A DNA stretch of 32,000 bases from an archaeon (GCA_024275415.1 JAJRZD010000112.1:7014-39013), one strand, 5' to 3'. Shown: positions 19,204 through 27,563, numbered from the stretch's first letter. The notes: generated from the letters alone by a model not told the origin. Program-made: numbers and translations.

Positions 19204-19281
19204 GAGGAGGATACACAGAGTTCGGATCGCGGAAGGGAGATGAGAAAAGGGATTGTTTATCAGGTATCTGGTATCCTCCTC
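19204..19281. repeat. Inverted repeat / possible structured RNA
   Basis: GAGGAGGATAC (19204-19214) pairs with GTATCCTCCTC (19271-19281), extendable by CAGA/TCTG with one bulge. Confidence 0.45.
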
Positions 19282-19289
19282 TGCCCGTT

Positions 19290-19469
19290 TCAGTCTTGTT
19301 TGGTCTTCATGGTCCCCATTGGTTCTATGCATTTTTCGCAAACGATGAACAAACCATCTCGGCATCGATTGAGAAACCGGAGATAGTATTTCAGAGAATC
19401 ATCGTCTGCCTCAAGCTCTACAAGAGGAATATTCTGCATATTGTTGGTCCCACGAATTGTTATTGCCAC
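19290..19469 (-). CDS. Hypothetical 59-aa protein with a CxxC motif
   Basis: GTG start preceded by GAGAGGA. MAITIRGTNNMQNIPLVELEADDDSLKYYLRFLNRCRDGLFIVCEKCIEPMGTMKTKQD. Below the ORF-track cutoff; no family recognised. Confidence 0.35.
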   Translation of the reverse strand: MAITIRGTNNMQNIPLVELEADDDSLKYYLRFLNRCRDGLFIVCEKCIEPMGTMKTKQD

Positions 19470-19727
19470 AACAGGTTCCTCTCTTTCTTTATTATTTTTT
19501 ATAGTGTAATAATTATTTTATATATGTTTTTTGTATTAATTTTTATTTTAGCCTAGGTATTAATCTGACGAAGTCACGATAAGTCATATCCCCACAAGGC
19601 GATTGAAAAGAAAAATATTGTATTTATTACAGATAAAATTATTACAAGAACACAGATATACTCGCATGCTAAGGAAGTTGTATCCTCAGCTTATTCCCTA
19701 ATCGACCTTCCTCAATGGTGTTCTATA

Positions 19728-21616
19728 ATGAGGGACAATGGCTCGAATCAATCATCTCATGCTAACCAGCTGACTCCAATTGCATATCTCAATTTAATCT
19801 CTGTTCCAGTATGTATCTTCGACAATGTTGGTCGTATATGTGGGGCAAATGAAGAATTCATACGGATAATAACAGGCAAAAAACAATCATTCGAATCAGC
19901 AAGAGAGGAGATTGGGTCGCACGAAGTGGTTTCTCAGATTAAAGAGGCTAGCACGGATGATACGGTTGAACAGATTGACATTGACATAAATCATGAGTCA
20001 TATATTGCTCGTTTCACCAAGGATGAAAACTACTCGTCTGTTGTCCTTAACAAAAAATCTCATCAAAGAGCCATGGAGGTTGAGTTGGGAAAGAAGCTTG
20101 AGATGGAGCAGGTGAATGCAAGTATCGCATTCAGACTCTCCAAGACAACCGACTTCAAGCGCGCACTTGAAGAAACAATTACTGAGATTGGTTTTCTCCT
20201 TGGTGCAAATCAAGTCGAGTTATTCTGTCTTGATCCCAATTCAGGCCAGTTAAAACTCAATCTGAGTTGGTGTGCCTTGGACAACAAACACCCAATTCAA
20301 GCAGAACGCATACTTGACATGCTCGACATCCAGAAAGTCAAATCCAACAAGGGGAGTGAGAGGGCCTTTGACATCGAACAATGCATGAAGCCAGTTGAAA
20401 ATCAGATTGGAGTCAAGGGTGAGGTCATCTTCATTCCTATCGATGCCACTCAGGAGATTCTGATTGTAGCAATAGGGTCAGAATGTTTTGTTTGTGATAG
20501 AGAGAGATATAGACCTACTCTAGAGATCATTGCAAACATAATCCTAAATGCATTGCGTGTTCATCTGGCAGAAAGGAAGCTCCGACAGAGCGAAGAAAGG
20601 TACAGAAAAGTAGTGGAAGAATCACTTCAGGGCGTCATCGTGTTTCATGCAGATTCTGCTGAGATTGCCTATTCCAATCCCACTGCGTGCAAGATGCTTG
20701 GCTATTCGCTTGATGAACTCACATCCATGACCGCGAAAGATGTTGAAACAATGGTTCATTGGACTGATAGAAGCGAATTTAGAACACTGTTTACAGCAAT
20801 CAGAGAGGGAAAGAATGACAAGACCAAGACAGACATCAGGGTCACAAAGAAAGATGGGAAGATTGTTTGGTTCGAGCTATTACTAAGCAGGATTGAATTC
20901 GAAAATGAGCCGCATATCCTTGCGGCATTGATCGATATTTCTGAGAAACGACAGTCTATTGCGGACCTTCAGAACAGCAACCGCGACTTGGAACTATATG
21001 CATCACTTCTTCGCCACGACATGAAGAATGATTTGCAGGCAATCTTTAGCAATACAGAAGCAATCAATCTATTAATCCAGGATGACGAACTTGTCGAAGA
21101 GTTCACATCATCCACAATTGCTGCTGTTGAGCGGATGCTAGATGTTCTCAATATATTTGGTCGCCCAGATGATATGCAGGCTAAGGAAATTGCACCATTC
21201 CTTGAGAGTATCGCAGTGGAGGCTGCACGATCATATGTCGGTATGAGGTGTTCTCTAAAGATTGATCCTGATGTGTTTATGATTCGGGTGATAGGCGGCA
21301 GACTTCTCCCAATGGTCTTCACAACATACTGCGAAATGCAGCAAAATATGCTGGACCCAATCCAACAATTACAATAACAGCCAAAAGAGATGGAGAGTTC
21401 ATAGAGGTTCGAATGGCTGACAATGGACCCGGAATCGCCTCTGAAATCAAAGACAACCTTTTCGAAAAGGGCGTCACGACCGGAGGTACAGGTTTGGGTC
21501 TCTATCTCTCGAGAAAGGTAATGAATGCCTATGGGGGAACCATCAACTGCATCCCAGCAGGGCATGAAGGCGAGGGAGCAGTCTTCGTGATCAGATTGAG
21601 AATTTCGTCCGGATGA
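19728..21616 (+). pseudogene. PAS-GAF-PAS histidine kinase split by a 1-nt frameshift at ~21321 (pseudogene or sequencing error)
   Basis: ORF 19728-21377 carries the H-box LRHDMKN and reads ...LLPMVF. The alternative frame continues NILRNAAKYAG...MADNGPG...GTGLGL to the stop at 21616. The joined length would be 629 aa. Confidence 0.85.
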
Positions 21617-21619
21617 ATC

Positions 21620-22003
21620 TCATTCCAACTCATCAATGAGTTTCTGAATGGAAGCACGGAGTCGGTCGGATGAGAGAGCACCCTTAATCATATAATCCTT
21701 GATTCCCATATCGAAACACTTGCTAAGGGTTTCTTCCTCATCAATGGCTGTTAGTGCCACTACGACAATATCGGGAAATTTCTCCCGTACTTGTTTGATG
21801 ACCTCCAAGCCACTCATTTTTGGCATGACAAGATCTACGATGAGGATATCGGGAGGTGATGTTTCGATCTTCTCAAGAGCCTCAAGTCCATTCATCGCAA
21901 AATCTATGTTGAACCCTCTAAGCAGAACTCTAGCGGCCCGTATGAAATCTTCTGAGTCATCGACCAGTAAAATTGTCCCTCTAGTTGATTTCTTGGAATT
22001 CAA
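21620..22003 (-). CDS. Stand-alone CheY-like response regulator
   Basis: ILLVDDS, ILIVDLVMP, ALTA, YMIKG. TTG start with GGAGG upstream; overlaps the upstream ATPase gene by 23 nt. Confidence 0.92.
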   Translation of the reverse strand: MNSKKSTRGTILLVDDSEDFIRAARVLLRGFNIDFAMNGLEALEKIETSPPDILIVDLVMPKMSGLEVIKQVREKFPDIVVVALTAIDEEETLSKCFDMGIKDYMIKGALSSDRLRASIQKLIDELE

Positions 22004-23414
22004 TCCTTACGCCTCCATCCTTTTTCATTGTGTACATGCAATACTGCGATGTTCGAGGCCGAATACCCCTGACCAATGTTGCTGAAGCTCGTGTGCTGAA
22101 CCCAATGTGCATGTCAGCTAAATCGGCTAGCATCTCATTGACCTTTGGTGTGCTATTGTAGCCAATCGCAATACAAAGACCACTTTCCTGTGCGGATATC
22201 TCTGTTATATTCATTGCCCATCTGGACAAATCGCCGTAATCAAGCATTGATTGAAGGAATCCAAACCCTATGATAAGTAGGATCTCACCACACCCATTAG
22301 CGCGAAGCTCCTTCAGGGCGGTATCGAACGATAGTCGCATATCCTCAGCTCTTCCGCGTGTGAATATGACATATGGCTCACGTGCAATAATTGGGTCGTG
22401 ATCTGCTTCGTCTGAGAATCGCAATGATACCATTCGTACATTTGTGTTGAGTCTATCAAAGAATTCGTATTTCAAAGCCGCAGATTTTATCCTTCTAAAT
22501 GTGAGCTTGTTTGGAGGGATAATGACAACTCCTCCACCTTGATTGGTGAAATTCGAGATTGTCGTGAGAAGTAATGTGATTATGACTTCGTTGTCCACAT
22601 CAGCACCAATCTCCCAGAAACTAGTACTACCCAACCTGAATCCTTTGAAAATCTCGTCAAACGGTTGAAGTCCTAAATAATACCGCGTTCCTGAATGTGA
22701 TGTTGGTTCAGTTATCGAGAATTTCCGTAAGTCGTCACCATCTGCGTTCCACAACTGCGAGAATCCATCATCTGAAATCGTAAAACCCCTCGTCCGTGTT
22801 TCAATTCGTGTCCCACGGAGCTTCTTTAGAGTGATGTCTCTCCAGATCCCTCCATTTTCCTCTTCATAGGCTTGCAGAATCAAAACACCATCTACTGCGG
22901 AGCTGATATGTGATCCCGTTTCATGCTCAGAAATGATAACCACTTTAGCAAACGTGTCCTTGCTCAATTTGGAAAGTGAAGATACCAATGATTTGACATC
23001 TGCATTGAGCACTTCGGCAAGTGCTTCTATCGTGTCGATAACACAGAATGGGAAACGAGTTTGCCGGATTTTCTCGTCTATCACGCTAAGAAAGGTCAGC
23101 TCATCTGATATTACTGTAGTCGGGTCTTGAGGGTCCGCTATGCTGCTAGGTGAGGATAGGTCAAGAACAAGATCCGGTTGAATGACTTGATCCATCCACT
23201 CGAACTGGATGCGCATTGTATATGACGGGACTCTGGATGTGACATAGACGTAGTTTTTACTTTCATAGTGCTCATTTAGCAATTCTTTGAGAAGCGATAA
23301 TGCGAAGACTGTCTTGCCAGACCCTGAAGGGCCAGCGACAAGCACCGTCTGGCCATATTGTCGTCTCAGGAACTCGTGGAACTCTTGTGGGATTGAATAA
23401 TGTTCTATTTCCAT
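21981..23414 (-). CDS. GvpD-like double-domain KaiC-superfamily ATPase (second domain degenerate)
   Basis: Domain 1: GPSGSGKT, YVTSRV, VIDTIE, HISSAVDGV, KKLRG. Domain 2 begins LGLQPFDEIFKGFRLG but has no Walker A. Confidence 0.8.
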   Translation of the reverse strand: MEIEHYSIPQEFHEFLRRQYGQTVLVAGPSGSGKTVFALSLLKELLNEHYESKNYVYVTSRVPSYTMRIQFEWMDQVIQPDLVLDLSSPSSIADPQDPTTVISDELTFLSVIDEKIRQTRFPFCVIDTIEALAEVLNADVKSLVSSLSKLSKDTFAKVVIISEHETGSHISSAVDGVLILQAYEEENGGIWRDITLKKLRGTRIETRTRGFTISDDGFSQLWNADGDDLRKFSITEPTSHSGTRYYLGLQPFDEIFKGFRLGSTSFWEIGADVDNEVIITLLLTTISNFTNQGGGVVIIPPNKLTFRRIKSAALKYEFFDRLNTNVRMVSLRFSDEADHDPIIAREPYVIFTRGRAEDMRLSFDTALKELRANGCGEILLIIGFGFLQSMLDYGDLSRWAMNITEISAQESGLCIAIGYNSTPKVNEMLADLADMHIGFSTRASATLVRGIRPRTSQYCMYTMKKDGGVRIEFQEIN

Positions 23415-23436
23415 TTAGATACCAAACTCCCGTCTA

Positions 23437-24183
23437 TTAATCGATAGGAGGCATATCAGACACCTGAATGCCTTCGGAGCCAATGACCAGGAGTAATGGG
23501 TTCATCACATGCTGAATCCCTCTCATCTTAGAAATCTCAATTGTGCGGGTTCTTGTTGTTCCACGAGATAGGATCTTCATTTCCAACACGCCATCACTCA
23601 TGAAACCTTCAACACCGAACCGACCAATCTCATCCTCTTTTGGGCTCTCGCATGAGATGAGTGTCGTTATGTTATGCGCTTTCAATGCACGAACAAGGTT
23701 CAGCAGATCCTGCCTTATCGCAAAGATATTCTCTTTGAAGAGAGTCAGCGTCGTGATGGAGTCAACGACTATCCGCTTTGCATTGACCGATTTCACTGCC
23801 TTGAAGATGAGGTCAACAAGGGCGTTGATTGAGAACTCTTGACGGCCATGAATAGGATGATCAGGACGCATCTCTAGCCGGTCGTCCCTGAGCATCGGTG
23901 AGGCATCGATTATGCTTAGCTTGTTCTCGTTCTCAAATTCCTCAAGATCCCAACCGAATGCAGCCATGTTACGTATTGTCGAGCTTCTCGCTTCTTCAAG
24001 AGAAACTAGCACCCCGGGCTCATCATACATCCGAATCCCATTCACGAGAAATTGATTGAGAAGGATGCTCTTGCCGGTTCCGGGTCCACCACTTACAAGT
24101 ACGACATTTCCTCGCGGGATGCCTCCATTCAATGCATCATCCAATCCTGAAATTCCCGTGAGAGTTCTTTCTTTAACGCCCAT
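23437..24183 (-). CDS. kaiC: Single-domain KaiC-like (COG0467/RAD55-type) ATPase
   Basis: TGISGLDDALNGGIPRG, GGPGTGKS, VSLEE, IVVDSIT, SDGVLEM, KMRG. Start moved to ATG 24183 (AGGAG upstream; 248 aa) from the track start at 24327. Confidence 0.88.
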   Translation of the reverse strand: MGVKERTLTGISGLDDALNGGIPRGNVVLVSGGPGTGKSILLNQFLVNGIRMYDEPGVLVSLEEARSSTIRNMAAFGWDLEEFENENKLSIIDASPMLRDDRLEMRPDHPIHGRQEFSINALVDLIFKAVKSVNAKRIVVDSITTLTLFKENIFAIRQDLLNLVRALKAHNITTLISCESPKEDEIGRFGVEGFMSDGVLEMKILSRGTTRTRTIEISKMRGIQHVMNPLLLVIGSEGIQVSDMPPID

Positions 24184-24208
24184 TTTATTTGCTCCTTTCC
24201 TGTTGTAT

Positions 24209-24236
24209 GAACAATATTCATTAATGAATATTATTC
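24209..24236. promoter_or_regulatory. Palindromic operator candidate between divergent KaiC-like units
   Basis: Perfect 20-bp palindrome AATATTCATTAATGAATATT (24213-24232), extending to 28 bp with one mismatch. Confidence 0.6.
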
Positions 24237-24278
24237 TTGTTATATTAAGAAAATCTGTATTTATTTGAGAGGTCTTAC

Positions 24279-24971
24279 ATGCTGCTAAAGAAGTTGTTGA
24301 ACCAAGAAATCCCTGATGGGACGACACTAGCTTGTATTGGTAAACCTGGTAGTGGTAAGACCTTGCTTTGTATCAAACTTGCATATGAGTACACTCAAAG
24401 AAAAAAGAATGTGGTATATCTTACAACCGAAAACACACCCACAAGACTGCTTTCTCTTCATGAGCATCTCGGAATCCGTTTCGATATAGCGAACGATTTG
24501 CAGTACTTGAGGTTCATTGATGCCCATAGTTGGAAGGTTGGAGCAAAAGGAGAAGGACTTTCAACGACAATGATCTCGAACCCTGGGAATTTTTCCGAGG
24601 TGTCATTGGCAATTAACTCGGCTTCAAAGGATCTTCCAGAAGGGACACTTGTCATAATAGACTCGCTATCTGGACTGATGTTGGGTGCTCCAGACGAAAC
24701 ACGAATCAAGAATTTCTTCCACGTACTCTCTCAGCGACTCAATCAAAAAGGGTACACCCTTATCGCTATCGTCGAGGATGGGTGTCATGACCCCAAACTT
24801 ACGTTGGGTCTTCGAGCGTTAGCTCATAGCTCGCTCCTTATGAGAGTGACAGAAGATGGCATGGGCATGATGAATCGTGAGATACGCATAGCAGAGCTGT
24901 TGGGATGCGATGTCAATACGAAATGGCATCGAATTAGGGTGACAGACACTGGACCAGAGATTGGAGGGTAG
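24279..24971 (+). CDS. RAD55/KaiC-like ATPase, intact Walker A, no Arg-finger motif
   Basis: GKPGSGKT, YLTTE, FIDAHSW, IIDSLS. The C-terminal strand reads REIRIAELLG where KMRG is expected. Confidence 0.82.
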   Translation: MLLKKLLNQEIPDGTTLACIGKPGSGKTLLCIKLAYEYTQRKKNVVYLTTENTPTRLLSLHEHLGIRFDIANDLQYLRFIDAHSWKVGAKGEGLSTTMISNPGNFSEVSLAINSASKDLPEGTLVIIDSLSGLMLGAPDETRIKNFFHVLSQRLNQKGYTLIAIVEDGCHDPKLTLGLRALAHSSLLMRVTEDGMGMMNREIRIAELLGCDVNTKWHRIRVTDTGPEIGG

Positions 24972-24974
24972 TGA

Positions 24975-25619
24975 TTGAATCAGGTATATCTTGAAATCAG
25001 GGGGTCAAAAATCACTATTCCAGAAGGGACGCAGTTATTGCTCATTGGTCCTCCAGGAAGTGCAAAGATTAGGTTCGCTCTGAGTATCATGCGAAGTCAA
25101 CTGGCATCAGGGACAAAAGGAGTGTTCGCAACAATGACACTCACACCTAGTCAAGTTCGTGCTTTAGCTACAAAAATCAATACCTTGCCGGTTGGTAATC
25201 TAGAGATAATCGACGGTGTATCATCCATAGCGGGAAAGGCGTCAACTGAAAAAAGATCCTTCAGAAGTTTATCCGAACTCAACTCAATGAGTCTAGTACT
25301 CCTTGATAGCATTCAGAACGAACGTGGTGGTATCTGCTGTGTCGACAGCCTATCGACACTATTAATCTATTCAGATCCAAGCTCGGTGCTAAAATTCGTT
25401 CAGGTTGTAAGTGCAAAAATGAAATCTCAAGGGATAACGGGCATATTCGTCCTAGAGGAAGGTGTCCATGAGCCAGAATTGGCATCACTCCTGTCATTCA
25501 TACTGGATGGCGTGTTGCACGTTCGAGAAAATGACTCGCAAGGTGAACTAAGGTACGAGGCTCGGGTCGAATATGTTCGAGGAAAAATCGTAGATAGTAG
25601 GTGGGTACAATTAGACTAA
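24975..25619 (+). CDS. RAD55/KaiC-like protein, degenerate Walker A, Arg finger retained
   Basis: GPPGSAKI, IIDGVSS, VDSLSTL, LEEGVHEP, ILDGVL, EYVRG. TTG start 3 nt after the previous stop, with GGAGGG upstream. Confidence 0.8.
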   Translation: MNQVYLEIRGSKITIPEGTQLLLIGPPGSAKIRFALSIMRSQLASGTKGVFATMTLTPSQVRALATKINTLPVGNLEIIDGVSSIAGKASTEKRSFRSLSELNSMSLVLLDSIQNERGGICCVDSLSTLLIYSDPSSVLKFVQVVSAKMKSQGITGIFVLEEGVHEPELASLLSFILDGVLHVRENDSQGELRYEARVEYVRGKIVDSRWVQLD

Positions 25620-25672
25620 TCATCACATATAGATTGAAGTATAAAATACGATACATAGGGAGATGATTCAAA

Positions 25673-26194
25673 ATGACAGTTCCAGTCTACAAGGTGTTAC
25701 TTGTTGGCGAGCCGAATGTCGGCAAGTCCTCACTGATACGTAGAATGCTTTTGGGCGAATTCGATGAGAACTATTCAGCCACGGTAGGTGTGGATCTGAG
25801 TGCTATGGCCGTGACATTGGACGGAGGGCGATCTGTGATCCTTACCGTTATCGACCTTGGCGGTCAGGAGGATTTCACAGGACTGAGGACACATTATTAC
25901 AAGGACGCTCACTTCTCAGTTCTTGTGTATGATATTGCGAATCGAAAGAGCTTCGAATCACTCCCTGAATGGTATGAAGGTCTTTCTGTGGCACTAACTG
26001 GAAAGTCAGATTCTCGACTTCCGGGAATCCTTGTGGGCAATAAGAAGGACATTGAAACACTTGCACAAGTCGAAACAGTCGAAGCAAACGACTTCGCACA
26101 AAAGCTAGGCTGGCAATTCATAGAAACCAGTGCAAAAAGCGGATTGAATGTTGAAACCCTTTTCAAATATGTTGCCTCGGAGGTAGACAAGTGA
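25673..26194 (+). CDS. Ras-superfamily small GTPase, Rab-like
   Basis: G1 GEPNVGKS, G2 ATVGVD, G3 DLGGQ, G4 NKKD, G5 ETSAK. RabF-like YYKDA and LVYDI. 173 aa with no C-terminal Cys tail. Confidence 0.93.
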   Translation: MTVPVYKVLLVGEPNVGKSSLIRRMLLGEFDENYSATVGVDLSAMAVTLDGGRSVILTVIDLGGQEDFTGLRTHYYKDAHFSVLVYDIANRKSFESLPEWYEGLSVALTGKSDSRLPGILVGNKKDIETLAQVETVEANDFAQKLGWQFIETSAKSGLNVETLFKYVASEVDK

Positions 26195-26200
26195 TGGCGT

Positions 26201-26887
26201 CTACATTTCAGAAACCACAGATCTTATGATATCATTCAGTTGATGGATAGAAACGGGTTTCTCGAGCCATCCTACCAACCCTAGCGCCTCGACATCAACT
26301 TGAATATCTTCTTGTAGATACCCAGTCATGATGACAATCTTGGCATCAGAGTCAAGAGCCAAGATTTTCTGGGCAAGCTCATTGCCATCCATTTTTGGCA
26401 TTGCCAAGTCGGTGATGACGAGTGCAATTGATTTTGAATGTTGCTTGAACAATTCAAGAGCCTCAACACCATTCTTTGCACTTAGCGTGGGATAACCCAA
26501 ATGCCTCAGAAGAGAGGAAATGACCTTGAGAACCATTGGATCATCCTCAGCCAGTAGAATCGTGTTTCTATCAACTGCTGCTGGTTCATGTTCGATGTGC
26601 GGCAGTGCTCCAATTGTTTCCCTTGGTGCACTGTCTGTTGCTGCACTATCGGAGTCTCTTTCACCGATGCTCTGTACAATTTTAGTAGCATTCTTGCCGA
26701 GTTTTTGAATCGCTTTCATACTTGCTTTGGCTTGTTCAGGAAGGGAAGGATCGGCATCAAGCATCTCGGCTAAACCAATGATGCTCTGAAGGACATTGTT
26801 GAACTCATGCAGGACTCCTCCCGTAAGCTGACCTACTATTTCTTTGTCCCTATCTTTAGATGCTGTTTTGGGCTTCTTCCGCGTCAT
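26201..26887 (-). CDS. HisKA (DHp)-linker-REC protein lacking the HATPase domain
   Basis: GQLTGGVLHEFNNVLQSIIG H-box and two helices, an Ala/Asp/Ser-rich linker, then ILLAEDD, VITDLAMP, MTG, LEKP. Start ATG 26887 (GAAGGGA upstream) or 26914. Confidence 0.85.
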   Translation of the reverse strand: MTRKKPKTASKDRDKEIVGQLTGGVLHEFNNVLQSIIGLAEMLDADPSLPEQAKASMKAIQKLGKNATKIVQSIGERDSDSAATDSAPRETIGALPHIEHEPAAVDRNTILLAEDDPMVLKVISSLLRHLGYPTLSAKNGVEALELFKQHSKSIALVITDLAMPKMDGNELAQKILALDSDAKIVIMTGYLQEDIQVDVEALGLVGWLEKPVSIHQLNDIIRSVVSEM

Positions 26888-27173
26888 ATTATTCCCTTCA
26901 AGCAACAAGAACATGGTTCTTAGCAGGTTTTGAATATTGTGGAGTTGTTACGGGAAATGTAGGTCAATTGGACTCGATATGTTTCAATAGTGGCTACGAG
27001 GGCATCTTAGATAATGATCTTATTGCGACTTGAAAGGACACTGGGTTTGGTGTCGAGGAACCTATGAAGGACAATTGAAAGACACTCATCTGCGGAAAGG
27101 TGTTTTGCAGTATGATCATTTTCAAACTGATGTGATTAACAGCCTGAAAAAGTTCCTGCATGATCCCTTATTC

Positions 27174-27563
27174 CTACGACCTGTGCCTTTGCATCCCCCT
27201 TCGAATCTCATCAATTGTGGGAACCTCAATCCTGTGAGAGTAGTCGTCCCATTGCTTCCTGAATTTGTACAAGTACATGCCAATCTCAAGAGGGTTTCCA
27301 AAGAGGGTTTCAAAGTTCTCAAGGATTGTACCTTTGATGATTAATGGCAACTGTTCGAAAACTTGGATGTCATACTTCTCAGATGCCTTCCCTGATGCCT
27401 CTACTCGAATTCGCATCATTTCCGCAGGATCCTCTGACCTCGCAATGATTGCAACATCAATATCAGAGTTGGGATCAAATTCACTGGTTAAGCAAGACCC
27501 GAATAACAATACTTCTTGGTTCGACAAGAACGAAAGCTCTTCTCGTACCTTGTCAAGATTCAC
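27174..27563 (-). CDS. mntA: Minimal nucleotidyltransferase (MNT) antitoxin
   Basis: Exact GSX10DXD motif (GSCLTSEFDPNSDID). Start moved to GTG 27563, with GGAGG upstream and an 11-nt overlap with the HEPN gene. Confidence 0.85.
   Translation of the reverse strand: MNLDKVREELSFLSNQEVLLFGSCLTSEFDPNSDIDVAIIARSEDPAEMMRIRVEASGKASEKYDIQVFEQLPLIIKGTILENFETLFGNPLEIGMYLYKFRKQWDDYSHRIEVPTIDEIRRGMQRHRS

Noticed and set aside
21981-23414. Gas vesicle function for the GvpD-like gene
   Set aside because: No gvpA or other gvp genes are in the window, and GvpD-like ATPases occur outside gas vesicle clusters.
23437-24327. Track start at 24327 for the KaiC-like gene
   Set aside because: It would overlap the divergent gene and span the AT-rich operator region. 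Homology and the SD point to ATG 24183.
21981-25619. A true circadian clock
   Set aside because: No kaiA or kaiB, and no canonical double-active-domain KaiC. Oscillation cannot be inferred from sequence.
26915-27173. Gap beside the toxin-antitoxin pair as a possible mobile-element end
   Set aside because: No terminal inverted repeats, target duplication, integrase or transposase could be identified.
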